DNA of 64,000 nucleotides from an uncultured Solirubrobacterales bacterium (GTDB lineage Bacteria > Actinomycetota > Thermoleophilia > Solirubrobacterales > Solirubrobacteraceae): NCBI GenBank assembly GCA_963844125.1, contig CAWJNB010000002.1, positions 174,375 through 238,374 on the forward strand. The letters are read 5' to 3'. Shown here piece after piece: positions 11,865 to 20,192 of this stretch. Each line of letters begins with the position of its first letter. Position 1 is the stretch's first letter. Made by a program: the position numbers and the translations under genes. The notes under the pieces are model-generated. The model saw only the letters and a list, made by a program, of their open reading frames with translations, was not told the origin of the DNA and made no database searches.

Positions 11865-13118
11865 TTACATGGCGGTGCCGGCCCAGAGTCCCTGTAGAGG
11901 TACGGCTGCGAGACGATCGCCGAACGGAAGCGTGTCCGCTCCCGTGTAGAGGATTGCTCCAGCCTTGAAGCGCCCGCCGAGCTTGTCGCGTAGGTACCGC
12001 AGGCCCGCGAAGTCCGCGCTGTTGGGGGTCGCGGTTGCCTTGACCTCGATCCCGACGACCTCGCCACTGTGGCGCTCGAGGATGACGTCGACCTCGCGCT
12101 GTTGCTTGTCGCGATAGTGATACAGCGATAGGGGCTCTTGTGCCCAATCGGCTTGGCGACGGAGCTCCATCGCGACGAAGCTCTCGAGTATGGACCCGGC
12201 GACGGGACCGTCCTCGGCGATCCGTCGCTCGTTTGCGCCGATCAGAAACGCGAGCAGCCCGCTGTCGAGGATGTAGAGCTTGGGGCTCTTGACCTGTCGA
12301 CTTGAGAGATTCACGTGCCAGGGCTGAAGCTTTGCGACGAGGAACAGGTCTTCAAGGATCTTCGTGTGAGCCCTGGCGGTGTTGGTGTCTATGCCGAGGT
12401 CTGCGGCCATGCCGTGAAAGGAGGCCAGCCCGCCTGACCTGGCGGCGATGACGTAGAGCAGCCGCTCGATGTTCTCCACGTTGCGCACATTCGCTACGTC
12501 TTGCAGATCACGCCCGGTAATCGAGGCGATGTAGCTGGAAAAGAAGCTCGATCGGCCACGGAGACCGCGACCCTGAAGCTCAGGGTAGCCGCCGGTCACG
12601 AGCATGCTCGCCGCGGCGGCGCGACCGATCCTCGCTCCGGAGACCGGGGGAAACCTTGCGTGGAAGAGCGCGTCGATGAACGTCTCGCGGGTGCCCCGCA
12701 GCTCACCCTGGGACAGGGGTGAGAGATTGATGTATTGGACGCGCCCGGGAAGCGCGTCGGCGACGGTCGGGAGCGTGAGGAGGTTCGCGGACCCGGTGAG
12801 CAGGAACTGTCCGCGCGTCTGGTCGCTGTCCAAGCGCCGCTTGATTGCCAGCAGCAGGCTCGGTATACGCTGAACCTCGTCGATCACCGCCGCGCCGGTG
12901 ATCGCGGCGACAAAGCCAGCCGGGTCTGTTCGCGCCGCGTTCGCCGTTGGCTCGTCGTCGAGGCTGATCAGCCGGGCGGGATGCTCGTTTGTCGCGATGT
13001 CCGCGACGAGCGTGCTCTTTCCGACCTGCCGGGCGCCGAGCAGCGCGACGGCACGGCTTTCAGCAAGCGCTTCGAGAACCTGGGGGCGGACGTGGCGTGC
13101 GAGGAGTCCTTCTGGCAT
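11865..13118 (-). CDS. AAA_14 ATPase with DUF4143 C-terminal nuclease-like domain
   Basis: GARQVGKST, IDEVQR, FLLTGSA, TGGYPE, KSPKLYILDSGL, EVDVILE...IEVK. Confidence 0.92.
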   Translation of the reverse strand: MPEGLLARHVRPQVLEALAESRAVALLGARQVGKSTLVADIATNEHPARLISLDDEPTANAARTDPAGFVAAITGAAVIDEVQRIPSLLLAIKRRLDSDQTRGQFLLTGSANLLTLPTVADALPGRVQYINLSPLSQGELRGTRETFIDALFHARFPPVSGARIGRAAAASMLVTGGYPELQGRGLRGRSSFFSSYIASITGRDLQDVANVRNVENIERLLYVIAARSGGLASFHGMAADLGIDTNTARAHTKILEDLFLVAKLQPWHVNLSSRQVKSPKLYILDSGLLAFLIGANERRIAEDGPVAGSILESFVAMELRRQADWAQEPLSLYHYRDKQQREVDVILERHSGEVVGIEVKATATPNSADFAGLRYLRDKLGGRFKAGAILYTGADTLPFGDRLAAVPLQGLWAGTAM

Positions 13119-13372
13119 CCGCGAAGACTACTACCATGCCCGGACCGATTGTGAATAACTGGACGGCCGGATTATGATTTACCAGGCGGACAAATTGTGA
13201 GCGACCCGCACGCGCGCCGCTCAAGTGCCGCTGCTGGCGGGTGGACTCGCTGCCGGACACGCTGTAACAGGCCGCCTGAGTCATTCGAGCGGCACTGGTG
13301 GGCCTACGGGCGCGTGTCAGTCGGATAGCGCCGAATAACTGTGGATAAGCCTCGATCGCCCGAGTTGGCGCT

Positions 13373-13392
13373 CCTTTACGATATGGTAAAGG
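13373..13392 (+). promoter_or_regulatory. Inverted repeat operator overlapping the -10 of the AbrB-VapC pair
   Basis: CCTTTAC-gatatg-GTAAAGG covering TATGGT, ending just before the GTG start at 13394. Confidence 0.6.
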
Positions 13393-13393
13393 C

Positions 13394-13612
13394 GTGCCGC
13401 GGATTTCGAGTAAGCATCAGGTGACGCTTCCTGTGGAGACGTTGAAGTTAGCGGGGCTGGAGGTCGGCGACGAGGTAGCGATCGAGGCCGACGGAGCCGA
13501 CCGCATCGTCGTCCGCCGGGTTTCGCGGGATGTCGAGCGGGCCCTGGGTGTCTTCGATGGCCTGTACGAGCCCGGCTACTTGGATCGGTTGCGCGCTGGG
13601 GAGCGTGCGTGA
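13394..13612 (+). CDS. AbrB/MazE/SpoVT-type antitoxin
   Basis: RISSKHQVTLP...GLEVGDEV; overlaps the PIN gene. Confidence 0.88.
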   Translation: MPRISSKHQVTLPVETLKLAGLEVGDEVAIEADGADRIVVRRVSRDVERALGVFDGLYEPGYLDRLRAGERA

Positions 13613-14013
13613 GCGGCTGTGTGCTGGACACCGATGCTGTGATCGCGGCGCTTGACCGGCAGGACTCTCATCACGAGGACGCGGCAAGGGCTGTCAAGGC
13701 GATGATCGACGAGGGAACTCCCCTGCTGCTGTCGCTCATCAACTATGCCGAGACGCTCGTGAGGCCGGCGGAGGCGGAGCGTTCTCTGCGGGCTGCCGTG
13801 GATGCCCTGGGCACTTTGGGCGTCAAGCTGATTGCTCCAACCCCGTCGATCGCTCTAGATGCGGCGCGCCATCGCGCTCTGAAGATCAGCCTTGCGGACG
13901 GATTTGCGCTCGCCACAGCGCAAGCGCACCACGCGAGCGTCGCCTCGTTCGATCGCCGAGTCCGCCGTGCCCTGCCGAGGGTGGGGCTCGAGCTGGCCGA
14001 CTGCTTGACCTGA
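13609..14013 (+). CDS. vapC: PIN-domain toxin (VapC)
   Basis: VLDTDAVIA, NYAETL, ISLADGFALATA, SFD. Confidence 0.88.
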   Translation: MSGCVLDTDAVIAALDRQDSHHEDAARAVKAMIDEGTPLLLSLINYAETLVRPAEAERSLRAAVDALGTLGVKLIAPTPSIALDAARHRALKISLADGFALATAQAHHASVASFDRRVRRALPRVGLELADCLT

Positions 14014-14200
14014 TTGAGTGGACGGTGTGCGCGGGGTGGCTCGTGAATTGCCCGCGTCGCCCCGAGCGTCTCATGCTCCGAGGCGACCTCATCGAGCACG
14101 CCGAGCATCGTGGGTTTCGCACGAGCGGGTTTGGATCCGGGTCAGACTCGCGCAGCTCGCATATAGGCATGCGCGGCTTGTGCGCCGTGCTCGGTGCGGG

Positions 14201-14710
14201 CTACGTGTCGATGTCCAGTCCCGGGATCGGCTCGATCGGGAGCTCGCCATGGACTTCTTCCAAGCCGATCAGATCGTTGCGATCGCGGGGACGGTCGGCG
14301 AGGCGCTTGAAGCCGACGATGCTGTCCAGGCCGGCGACCAAGAACTCGGCGCCGCCGTACTCGGCCCGCATCGCGCGTTCCTCGACGGTGTCATAGTCGA
14401 GCGGAGGCAGTCCGCCGCGGAGGATGTCGATCACCCCGGCGCGGGTCTTCGCTCGCAGATGCGTCTGGCCGAGCAGGTGCTGCTTATCGAGCGGCGCCTC
14501 GTCGCGAAACCGCACACCGCCGAGCCCGATCAGGGCGGCCAGCACACGCCGATCGTTGTCGGCGTCATCGGGGGCCAGGAAATCGATGTCCTCGGTCGCT
14601 CGAATAAACCGGTTGGCGATGACCGCGAACCCGCCGATCAGGACGAAGCGGGCATCCTCGGCGACCATGGCGGCGACGGCGACATCGAGCTCAGGATCGA
14701 CCGCGTCCAT
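14201..14710 (-). CDS. Nucleotidyltransferase-fold protein
   Basis: FVLIGGFAV...RATEDIDF, KRLADRPRDRNDL. Confidence 0.8.
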   Translation of the reverse strand: MDAVDPELDVAVAAMVAEDARFVLIGGFAVIANRFIRATEDIDFLAPDDADNDRRVLAALIGLGGVRFRDEAPLDKQHLLGQTHLRAKTRAGVIDILRGGLPPLDYDTVEERAMRAEYGGAEFLVAGLDSIVGFKRLADRPRDRNDLIGLEEVHGELPIEPIPGLDIDT

Positions 14711-14894
14711 CGGCTCGCTCGACAGCTCGCAGCAGGCCTGCCGCCTGGGCTGAGAGATGCTGTCCGCGCTTGAGCAGCTCGCCGACCGGCGTATCGGGCG
14801 GGGGTGTCAGCGCGCGGCGCTTCTCCTCGTTGAGCTCAGCCCACTCGGCCTCGTGACCGGGCTCGAGCAACGTCTTGCGGGGAGAAGCGCTCAT
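14691..14894 (-). CDS. Small hypothetical partner of the nucleotidyltransferase (67 aa)
   Basis: ATG at 14894, overlaps the NTase start; TAGAAT -10-like hexamer just upstream. Confidence 0.6.
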   Translation of the reverse strand: MSASPRKTLLEPGHEAEWAELNEEKRRALTPPPDTPVGELLKRGQHLSAQAAGLLRAVERADGRGRS

Positions 14895-14920
14895 CGGTTG
14901 CGATTCTACCGCACCACGGG

Positions 14921-14945
14921 GCCTTGCGAACCTCATTGTCTGTGA
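14921..14945 (+). repeat. 25-bp direct repeat, copy 1 (att-like)
   Basis: GCCTTGCGAACCTCATTGTCTGTGA, identical to 26736-26760. Confidence 0.9.
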
Positions 14946-15032
14946 GCATTCGGATCCGTACGGCGCCCCCGAAGCCGGGAAGGTCACCACCACCAAGGGA
15001 TTGGTGAGCCCCTCTACATAGGACCCAATACC

Positions 15033-15422
15033 TCACTCACCTACCGGCCAATGCTCAACATCGAGCTCTGGCATCGGGAAGTGCTTGGGATTGCCGGTGG
15101 CCAGTCGCGCGCCGATGCCCACGGCGGAGGCGGCGATCAGGCAGTCGGCTTGGCTGAGGGTGATCCCGTTGCGGGCATGGTCTCGGCGCCAGCGCCCGGC
15201 GCGTTCGCCCTCCGCTCGAGCGAGCGGCGCCAGTCGAAGTCCTGTCAGGAAGCGGATGACGAGCGTTCCTTCGTCGCCGTCCGTGCCGCGAATCACCTCA
15301 TCGACATTGACTGCGCATATCCATGGCACCTGGCCGGCGTCTCGCAGTTCACGCACACGCTGGGCGGCGGGACGACCTCGCAACGCGTCGATCAGGACGG
15401 TCGTGTCGAGCAGCAGCGCCAA
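15033..15422 (-). CDS. vapC: PIN-domain toxin (VapC)
   Basis: LLLDTTVLID, VNVDEV, LSQADCLIAA, LATGNPKHF. Confidence 0.9.
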   Translation of the reverse strand: MALLLDTTVLIDALRGRPAAQRVRELRDAGQVPWICAVNVDEVIRGTDGDEGTLVIRFLTGLRLAPLARAEGERAGRWRRDHARNGITLSQADCLIAASAVGIGARLATGNPKHFPMPELDVEHWPVGE

Positions 15423-15427
15423 GCCGC

Positions 15428-15673
15428 TCAGCCGACGCGACCCGGGTCGCTGAAACGCTGCGCTGTGACCCAACCGGCGGGATCGGTATCCCACTCATGC
15501 TCGTTGCCGGCGAGGGCGCCCAGACCGGCTTCGATGTCATCCCAGCGGCGCTCATCCTCGAGCGCGCGACGGACGGTCTCGCCGATGAATGCGCTGCGAC
15601 GGCGCCTGCCGACACGCCGGTCGAGCGCTTTGATGAGATCCTCATCGAGGCTTATGTGCAGACGCATGGCCAC
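15428..15673 (-). CDS. RHH/CopG-type antitoxin
   Basis: MRLHISLDEDLIKALD...RSAFIGETVRRAL; directly upstream of the PIN gene. Confidence 0.85.
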   Translation of the reverse strand: MAMRLHISLDEDLIKALDRRVGRRRRSAFIGETVRRALEDERRWDDIEAGLGALAGNEHEWDTDPAGWVTAQRFSDPGRVG

Positions 15674-15783
15674 AACTTAGCACACGCCCTATCATCGACC
15701 GACTGGTGCGCCGCCCCCGGGGCTCCGTAGGGCCCGATGCGGTGCGTTGTCGGCGTGGTGAGAGTGGCGTCCATTGTTCGCTC

Positions 15784-15812
15784 TTGACAAGTCGGGCGTT
15801 TGGCGTTATGTT
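15784..15812 (+). promoter_or_regulatory. Housekeeping sigma promoter
   Basis: TTGACA (15784-15789), 17-bp spacer, TATGTT (15807-15812). Confidence 0.65.
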
Positions 15813-16034
15813 CTGTCCTGTTCATGACTTCCTGCTGTGGGACGTCGGGGCACGATAGATCGGGTTTGGGTCGGTCCTCGGACCGGTTTGAGCGCTTGTA
15901 AGGGATTTCAGGGGAGAGGGCCGGATCAGCACATGAGGGGTTGTTTTCGCGTGAGTCAGTTGGGGACAGACGTGTCGGGGATCGTCGCGCGCCAATTCGG
16001 CGCCGTAGGTAGATGCGTCAGCAGCGCTGACACA

Positions 16035-16060
16035 TCTCTCTCTCTCTCTCTCTCTCTCTC
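16035..16060 (+). repeat. (TC)13 microsatellite
   Basis: Read directly from the sequence. Confidence 0.95.
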
Positions 16061-16268
16061 TTGCCCCAGTAGCACCCCTCGTCTAACCGCCCCGTCACGG
16101 CGGTTTTCTCACCTCCTCGCGAGGCATGGCTCACCGCGCCCCGCGCCTTGTTCGAAGCTACCCTGCCACGCGCGTAATGACGTTCGCCGTCCGCAAGCGG
16201 TAACGCGAGACCGAAGCCTCGCTTACACGCTCACGATCGGCCGGCAAGCCCACTGCGAGGGGACCTGT

Positions 16269-16520
16269 CGTGCGCCTGGAGGCGTAGCTGAAATCAAGAG
16301 CGCCTCATCTCTTCAACACGCGGTGATATCCCGTGCGCCTGGAGGCGTAGCTGGGTCACCCCACACATCGTTCTTGCCACCCGCGTCGGTGTCCCGCGGC
16401 CGTGGAGGCGTAGCTGAAATCAAGAGCGTCTCATCTCTTCCACGCGCGCTGGTATCCCGCGGCCGTGGCAGCGTAACCGGTTCACCCCACGCGTCGTCCT
16501 TGCAGCACAGTCTTGTTCAG
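16269..16520 (+). repeat. Four 63-bp tandem units alternating A-B-A-B
   Basis: Units start at 16269, 16332, 16395 and 16458 with a shared TGGAGGCGTAGCTG-like head. Confidence 0.9.
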
Positions 16521-16680
16521 AGGGTCTGTTCGAGCGTCGTCGCCATCGCCCTCATCGTGGTGTCGGTGTTCGAGGAGGCTCCTGTGCGTGCTCCCACACG
16601 CGCGGGTTCTGACATCGAGCGCCGCGGCTTTAACTCGAGGCCGCGGCGCTCTGCATGCTTTCGGTTGAGCGGGGTGTGCG

Positions 16681-17703
16681 ATGCCGGTTAGGGCTGGTAT
16701 GCGTAGCGGCGTGTTGGAGACGCGGCGTGCGCGTGAGGGGAGCGCCTCTCCGCGGGTGCAGGTCTCGGAGATGCAACGCGCGCGGTTGCTCAGCGCGGCG
16801 GTAGTGACGTTCGATGAGCTCGGTTATGCCCAGGCAACGGTGGCGCACATCACCGCTCGCGCGCGGGTGTCGCGGCGCACCTTCTATGACCTGTTCTCCG
16901 GTCGTGAGGAGTGTCTGCTCGAGATCATGAACGACACTCTCGAGCGGATCGGTGCAGAGCTCGAGAGCGCGAACCATGGCGGGGGGTCATGGCGTGAGCG
17001 TGTGCGTATGGGGTTGTGGGTGGTGCTCTCGTTCCTCGATCGTGAGCCTGTGTTGGCGAGGGTGTGTGTGGTGCAGAGCGCGCGTGGTTCTCAGCGGGTG
17101 TTGGAGGCACGTGAGGAGATCCTGGCGCGCGTGGCCAAGATCATTGATGAGGGTCGTCTGGAGAGTGCGCGTGCGGCGCAGACCCCGCCCCTGAGCGCCG
17201 AGGGTCTCGCCGGTGCGGTGTTGGCGATCGTCTACAAGCGCCTGCTGAAAGGTGGGGGGTCGCCGCTCGGGGGTTTGCTGAACGAGTTGATGAGCATGAT
17301 CGTGCTGCCCTACCTAAGTCCTGCCGCCGCGCGTCGGGAGCATGCCCGTACGGTGCCGGTCGCGCCGAGGGTGAGCGTCACGCCCGTCACGATCGCGCAT
17401 GGCGGCGGAGAGGACCCGTTGAAGGAGGTCCCGATGCGCCTGACATATCGCACCGCGCGGGTGTTGCAGGCCACCGCCGCTCACCCAGGTGCCAGCAATC
17501 GTCTGATCGGTGAGCACGCGGATATTTATGACCAGGGCCAGATCTCGAAGCTGTTGGGGCGCCTGAAGGGCCTGGGTCTGCTCCAGAACGCGGGCGCGGG
17601 TCAAGCCAAGGGTGAGCCCAACGCGTGGCGCCTGACCGAGCTGGGCGAACGCGTAACGGAGCAGCTCAGCCTCGGCGCGAACCTCGAAAACGAGGTCACG
17701 TGA
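16681..17703 (+). CDS. TetR/AcrR regulator with an extra C-terminal winged HTH
   Basis: QRARLLSAA...GYAQATVAHITARARVSRRTFYDLF; second HTH RLTYRTARVL...DQGQISKLLGRL...NAWRLTELG. Confidence 0.88.
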   Translation: MPVRAGMRSGVLETRRAREGSASPRVQVSEMQRARLLSAAVVTFDELGYAQATVAHITARARVSRRTFYDLFSGREECLLEIMNDTLERIGAELESANHGGGSWRERVRMGLWVVLSFLDREPVLARVCVVQSARGSQRVLEAREEILARVAKIIDEGRLESARAAQTPPLSAEGLAGAVLAIVYKRLLKGGGSPLGGLLNELMSMIVLPYLSPAAARREHARTVPVAPRVSVTPVTIAHGGGEDPLKEVPMRLTYRTARVLQATAAHPGASNRLIGEHADIYDQGQISKLLGRLKGLGLLQNAGAGQAKGEPNAWRLTELGERVTEQLSLGANLENEVT

Positions 17704-17819
17704 TGTTCGAGTGTCTCGCGATGGGAGAAGACAACACCAAGCAGAAGAGCACCAAGCGGGGGCACCAGCCGAAGCGGCAGCAAAAGACGTCAACCGACCG
17801 CAAGGGGAGTAGGTAGAAC

Positions 17820-20192
17820 ATGCATCTTCCACGTAAGTCCATTTTGGCTCGCCGGACGACGGTTTCGGGGGCGTCAGCCGTAATTATGCTCGTGGGTGGC
17901 GCGTCGTTCTGTGCCCCCGCGCTCGCGCTACCCAAAGGCCGGACGTATGAGATGGTGAGCCCGGTATATAAGGGTGGATATGGCGTGAATGGCATTGCGG
18001 CCGTTGCGCCCAATGGTGAAAGTATCGCATTTTCTTCGCTGGGGGCGTTTGCGGGAGATCCCTCCAACAACCCCACGGCGGGTGAGTATTTTGCTCGTCG
18101 TGGAGCCGGTGTTGGTTGGACGACTGCGCCGTTGGCGCTTCCCGCGACAATCTCGGCGTTTTCTGCGTTGGTTGATTTTTCGCCAACACTTGAATCTTCG
18201 TTCTATAACGTGCGTCTGGGCCCCAATTTTGGAGACGCCGGCTCTGACAGCAACCGTAGTGAGTATCTTATTCATTCCACCGATTCTCCGGATAGTGCTC
18301 CGAACTTTCCAAATCTCGCTCCGAATTTCCAACCGGCGGGCTTTACATTGGAAGAGCCGAATCCCCCATCAGACCCACGGCTTAGGACGGATTACGAAGG
18401 TGCGAGCACGAACTTTTCCCACACTGTCTTCACCGATTACGCTGAAAACGCCGAACAGCTTTTGCCTGAAGCTATAAAAACCAGTTCACATCTTTATGAG
18501 CTCTCGACGTCGCAGGCGTGCGGGCAGTTGACGAGCGCCGTGTGCGGCGAAGGCGCTGCTGAAGGTGAAGGGTCGCTGCGGCTTGTCGCGTTGAACAATC
18601 AGGGCAAGGTATTTGCACCATCCTGTGGAGTGCAGTTTGGAGATGCGGAAAGCAGCGGGCGATTTAATGCGGTTTCGGCGGACGGTAGTGAGATGTTCTT
18701 CGCGACATGTCCAGGTGATGCGAGTTTGCCCAGTCAGTTGTTTGTCCGACTGGGGGGAGAAAAGACGCGTGAGGTGTCGCGGCCGCTGTTGCCTGCCTGT
18801 AACGAAGTGCCATGTCCGGGAGCTGGTAGCGACGGGTCTGTTTTTCTCGGGGCATCCGAAGACGGGTCGAAGGTGTTTTTCGAAACGGCACAGTCACTGG
18901 TGCCGGGGAGTACCGACGTCAGTAACAACATATACATGGCGAGCATCGGTTGTCCGGGTGGCGAGGAGAGCTGTGAACCGGCTGAACGTGAAGTCACCGG
19001 GCTCGTGCGGGTTTCGCATGATCCAAACACTGGAGAATCCGCGGAAGCGCAGGGTGTCGTGGCGATCGCGCCAGACGGTTCGCACATCTATTATGTCGCC
19101 AGAGGAGATCTGCTGAGCCCCGTTGAACGGGAAGTGTTGGCGGATAAGGGACTGGCGTCGCCGCAAGTGGGGGCCGACAATCTGTACGTGTTTGATAGTG
19201 ATACCGGGAAGACGGGTTTTGTCGCGGAGCTTTGCTCTGGCTCGCAGCTTTCGGGCTCGTTTGAAGACGTAAATTGTCCGGAGGTCCGCGATATCAACGA
19301 TAATGACACGCGGCTGTGGTCGCATGGGGGCCACGAAGCGCAGGTAAATGTATGTGCCAGAGAAAGTGTGACCGAATGCACGGGCGATCTTGAAACCGGC
19401 CGGTTCTTGGTGTTTTCGACCTATGCCCAGCTCTCCGGCGGAGACACCGACAACGCGAGGGATGTCTACCGTTATGACGCGCTCACGGGCGCGCTTGAAC
19501 GTGTGTCGGTCGGCGAAGGCGGGCACGACGCAAACGGCAACGGCTACGACACAGCCAAACTACCTGGAGAAACGACCAATAAGGAAAATGCAGACGCCAC
19601 CATACCGGTTTCGGTCGCTCTGGGTGTGGAAGGACTGGCCCGTCAGCGCAACATGGAAAGCCGGGTCGTCAGTGAAGATGGTTCGCGGATCGCCTTTACG
19701 ACCGCGGAGCCGCTCTCGTCACTCGCGACGAATGGTTTGTCAAATGCTTATGAATGGCATGAAGGTGGTGTGTCGCTGGTCTCTGGCGGCAGCGCGACTC
19801 GTGCCGTCGAAGAAGTCGTGATCTCTTCCTCGGGGCGAGATCTGTTCTTTACGACCACGCAGGGTTTGGTGCCGCAGGACACCGATGGTCAGGAGGACAC
19901 GTATGACGCGCGCATCGGTGGCGGTTTCCCGGCGCCGCCGGCTGAATCGAGGCCGTGTGAAGGCGATGCGTGTCAGGGACCGTTGACCAACCCCGCGCCG
20001 TTGTTGATCCCGGGAAGTGTCTCTCAGGCGCCGGGAGGGAACTTCGTCGCTCCTGTATCTACGACGTCGGTGAAACAGAAGAAGATCAAGGCAAAGATCG
20101 CGAAGTGCAAGAAAGGGTTCGTGAAAAAGAAGGACAAGTGCGTCAAGAGATCGGCGGGCAAAGGGTCCGGTCGTAGAGAGAGGTCCAAGTGA
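17820..20192 (+). CDS. Secreted TolB/PD40-like beta-propeller protein with Lys-rich tail
   Basis: Signal peptide; repeated AVSADGS/ASEDGSKVFF/VSEDGSRIAF blades; tail KCKKGFVKKKDKCVK. Confidence 0.8.
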   Translation: MHLPRKSILARRTTVSGASAVIMLVGGASFCAPALALPKGRTYEMVSPVYKGGYGVNGIAAVAPNGESIAFSSLGAFAGDPSNNPTAGEYFARRGAGVGWTTAPLALPATISAFSALVDFSPTLESSFYNVRLGPNFGDAGSDSNRSEYLIHSTDSPDSAPNFPNLAPNFQPAGFTLEEPNPPSDPRLRTDYEGASTNFSHTVFTDYAENAEQLLPEAIKTSSHLYELSTSQACGQLTSAVCGEGAAEGEGSLRLVALNNQGKVFAPSCGVQFGDAESSGRFNAVSADGSEMFFATCPGDASLPSQLFVRLGGEKTREVSRPLLPACNEVPCPGAGSDGSVFLGASEDGSKVFFETAQSLVPGSTDVSNNIYMASIGCPGGEESCEPAEREVTGLVRVSHDPNTGESAEAQGVVAIAPDGSHIYYVARGDLLSPVEREVLADKGLASPQVGADNLYVFDSDTGKTGFVAELCSGSQLSGSFEDVNCPEVRDINDNDTRLWSHGGHEAQVNVCARESVTECTGDLETGRFLVFSTYAQLSGGDTDNARDVYRYDALTGALERVSVGEGGHDANGNGYDTAKLPGETTNKENADATIPVSVALGVEGLARQRNMESRVVSEDGSRIAFTTAEPLSSLATNGLSNAYEWHEGGVSLVSGGSATRAVEEVVISSSGRDLFFTTTQGLVPQDTDGQEDTYDARIGGGFPAPPAESRPCEGDACQGPLTNPAPLLIPGSVSQAPGGNFVAPVSTTSVKQKKIKAKIAKCKKGFVKKKDKCVKRSAGKGSGRRERSK

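Noticed and set aside
13150..13348. Chromosomal oriC
   Set aside because: Only two boxes, no dnaA/dnaN nearby and no AT-rich unwinding element.
16269..16520. 63-bp periodic repeat as a CRISPR array
   Set aside because: The would-be spacers repeat alternately, the heads are degenerate, and no cas genes are present.
17703..17816. 37-aa ORF between the TetR gene and the first secreted gene
   Set aside because: Short, low complexity and without a motif; cannot be supported.
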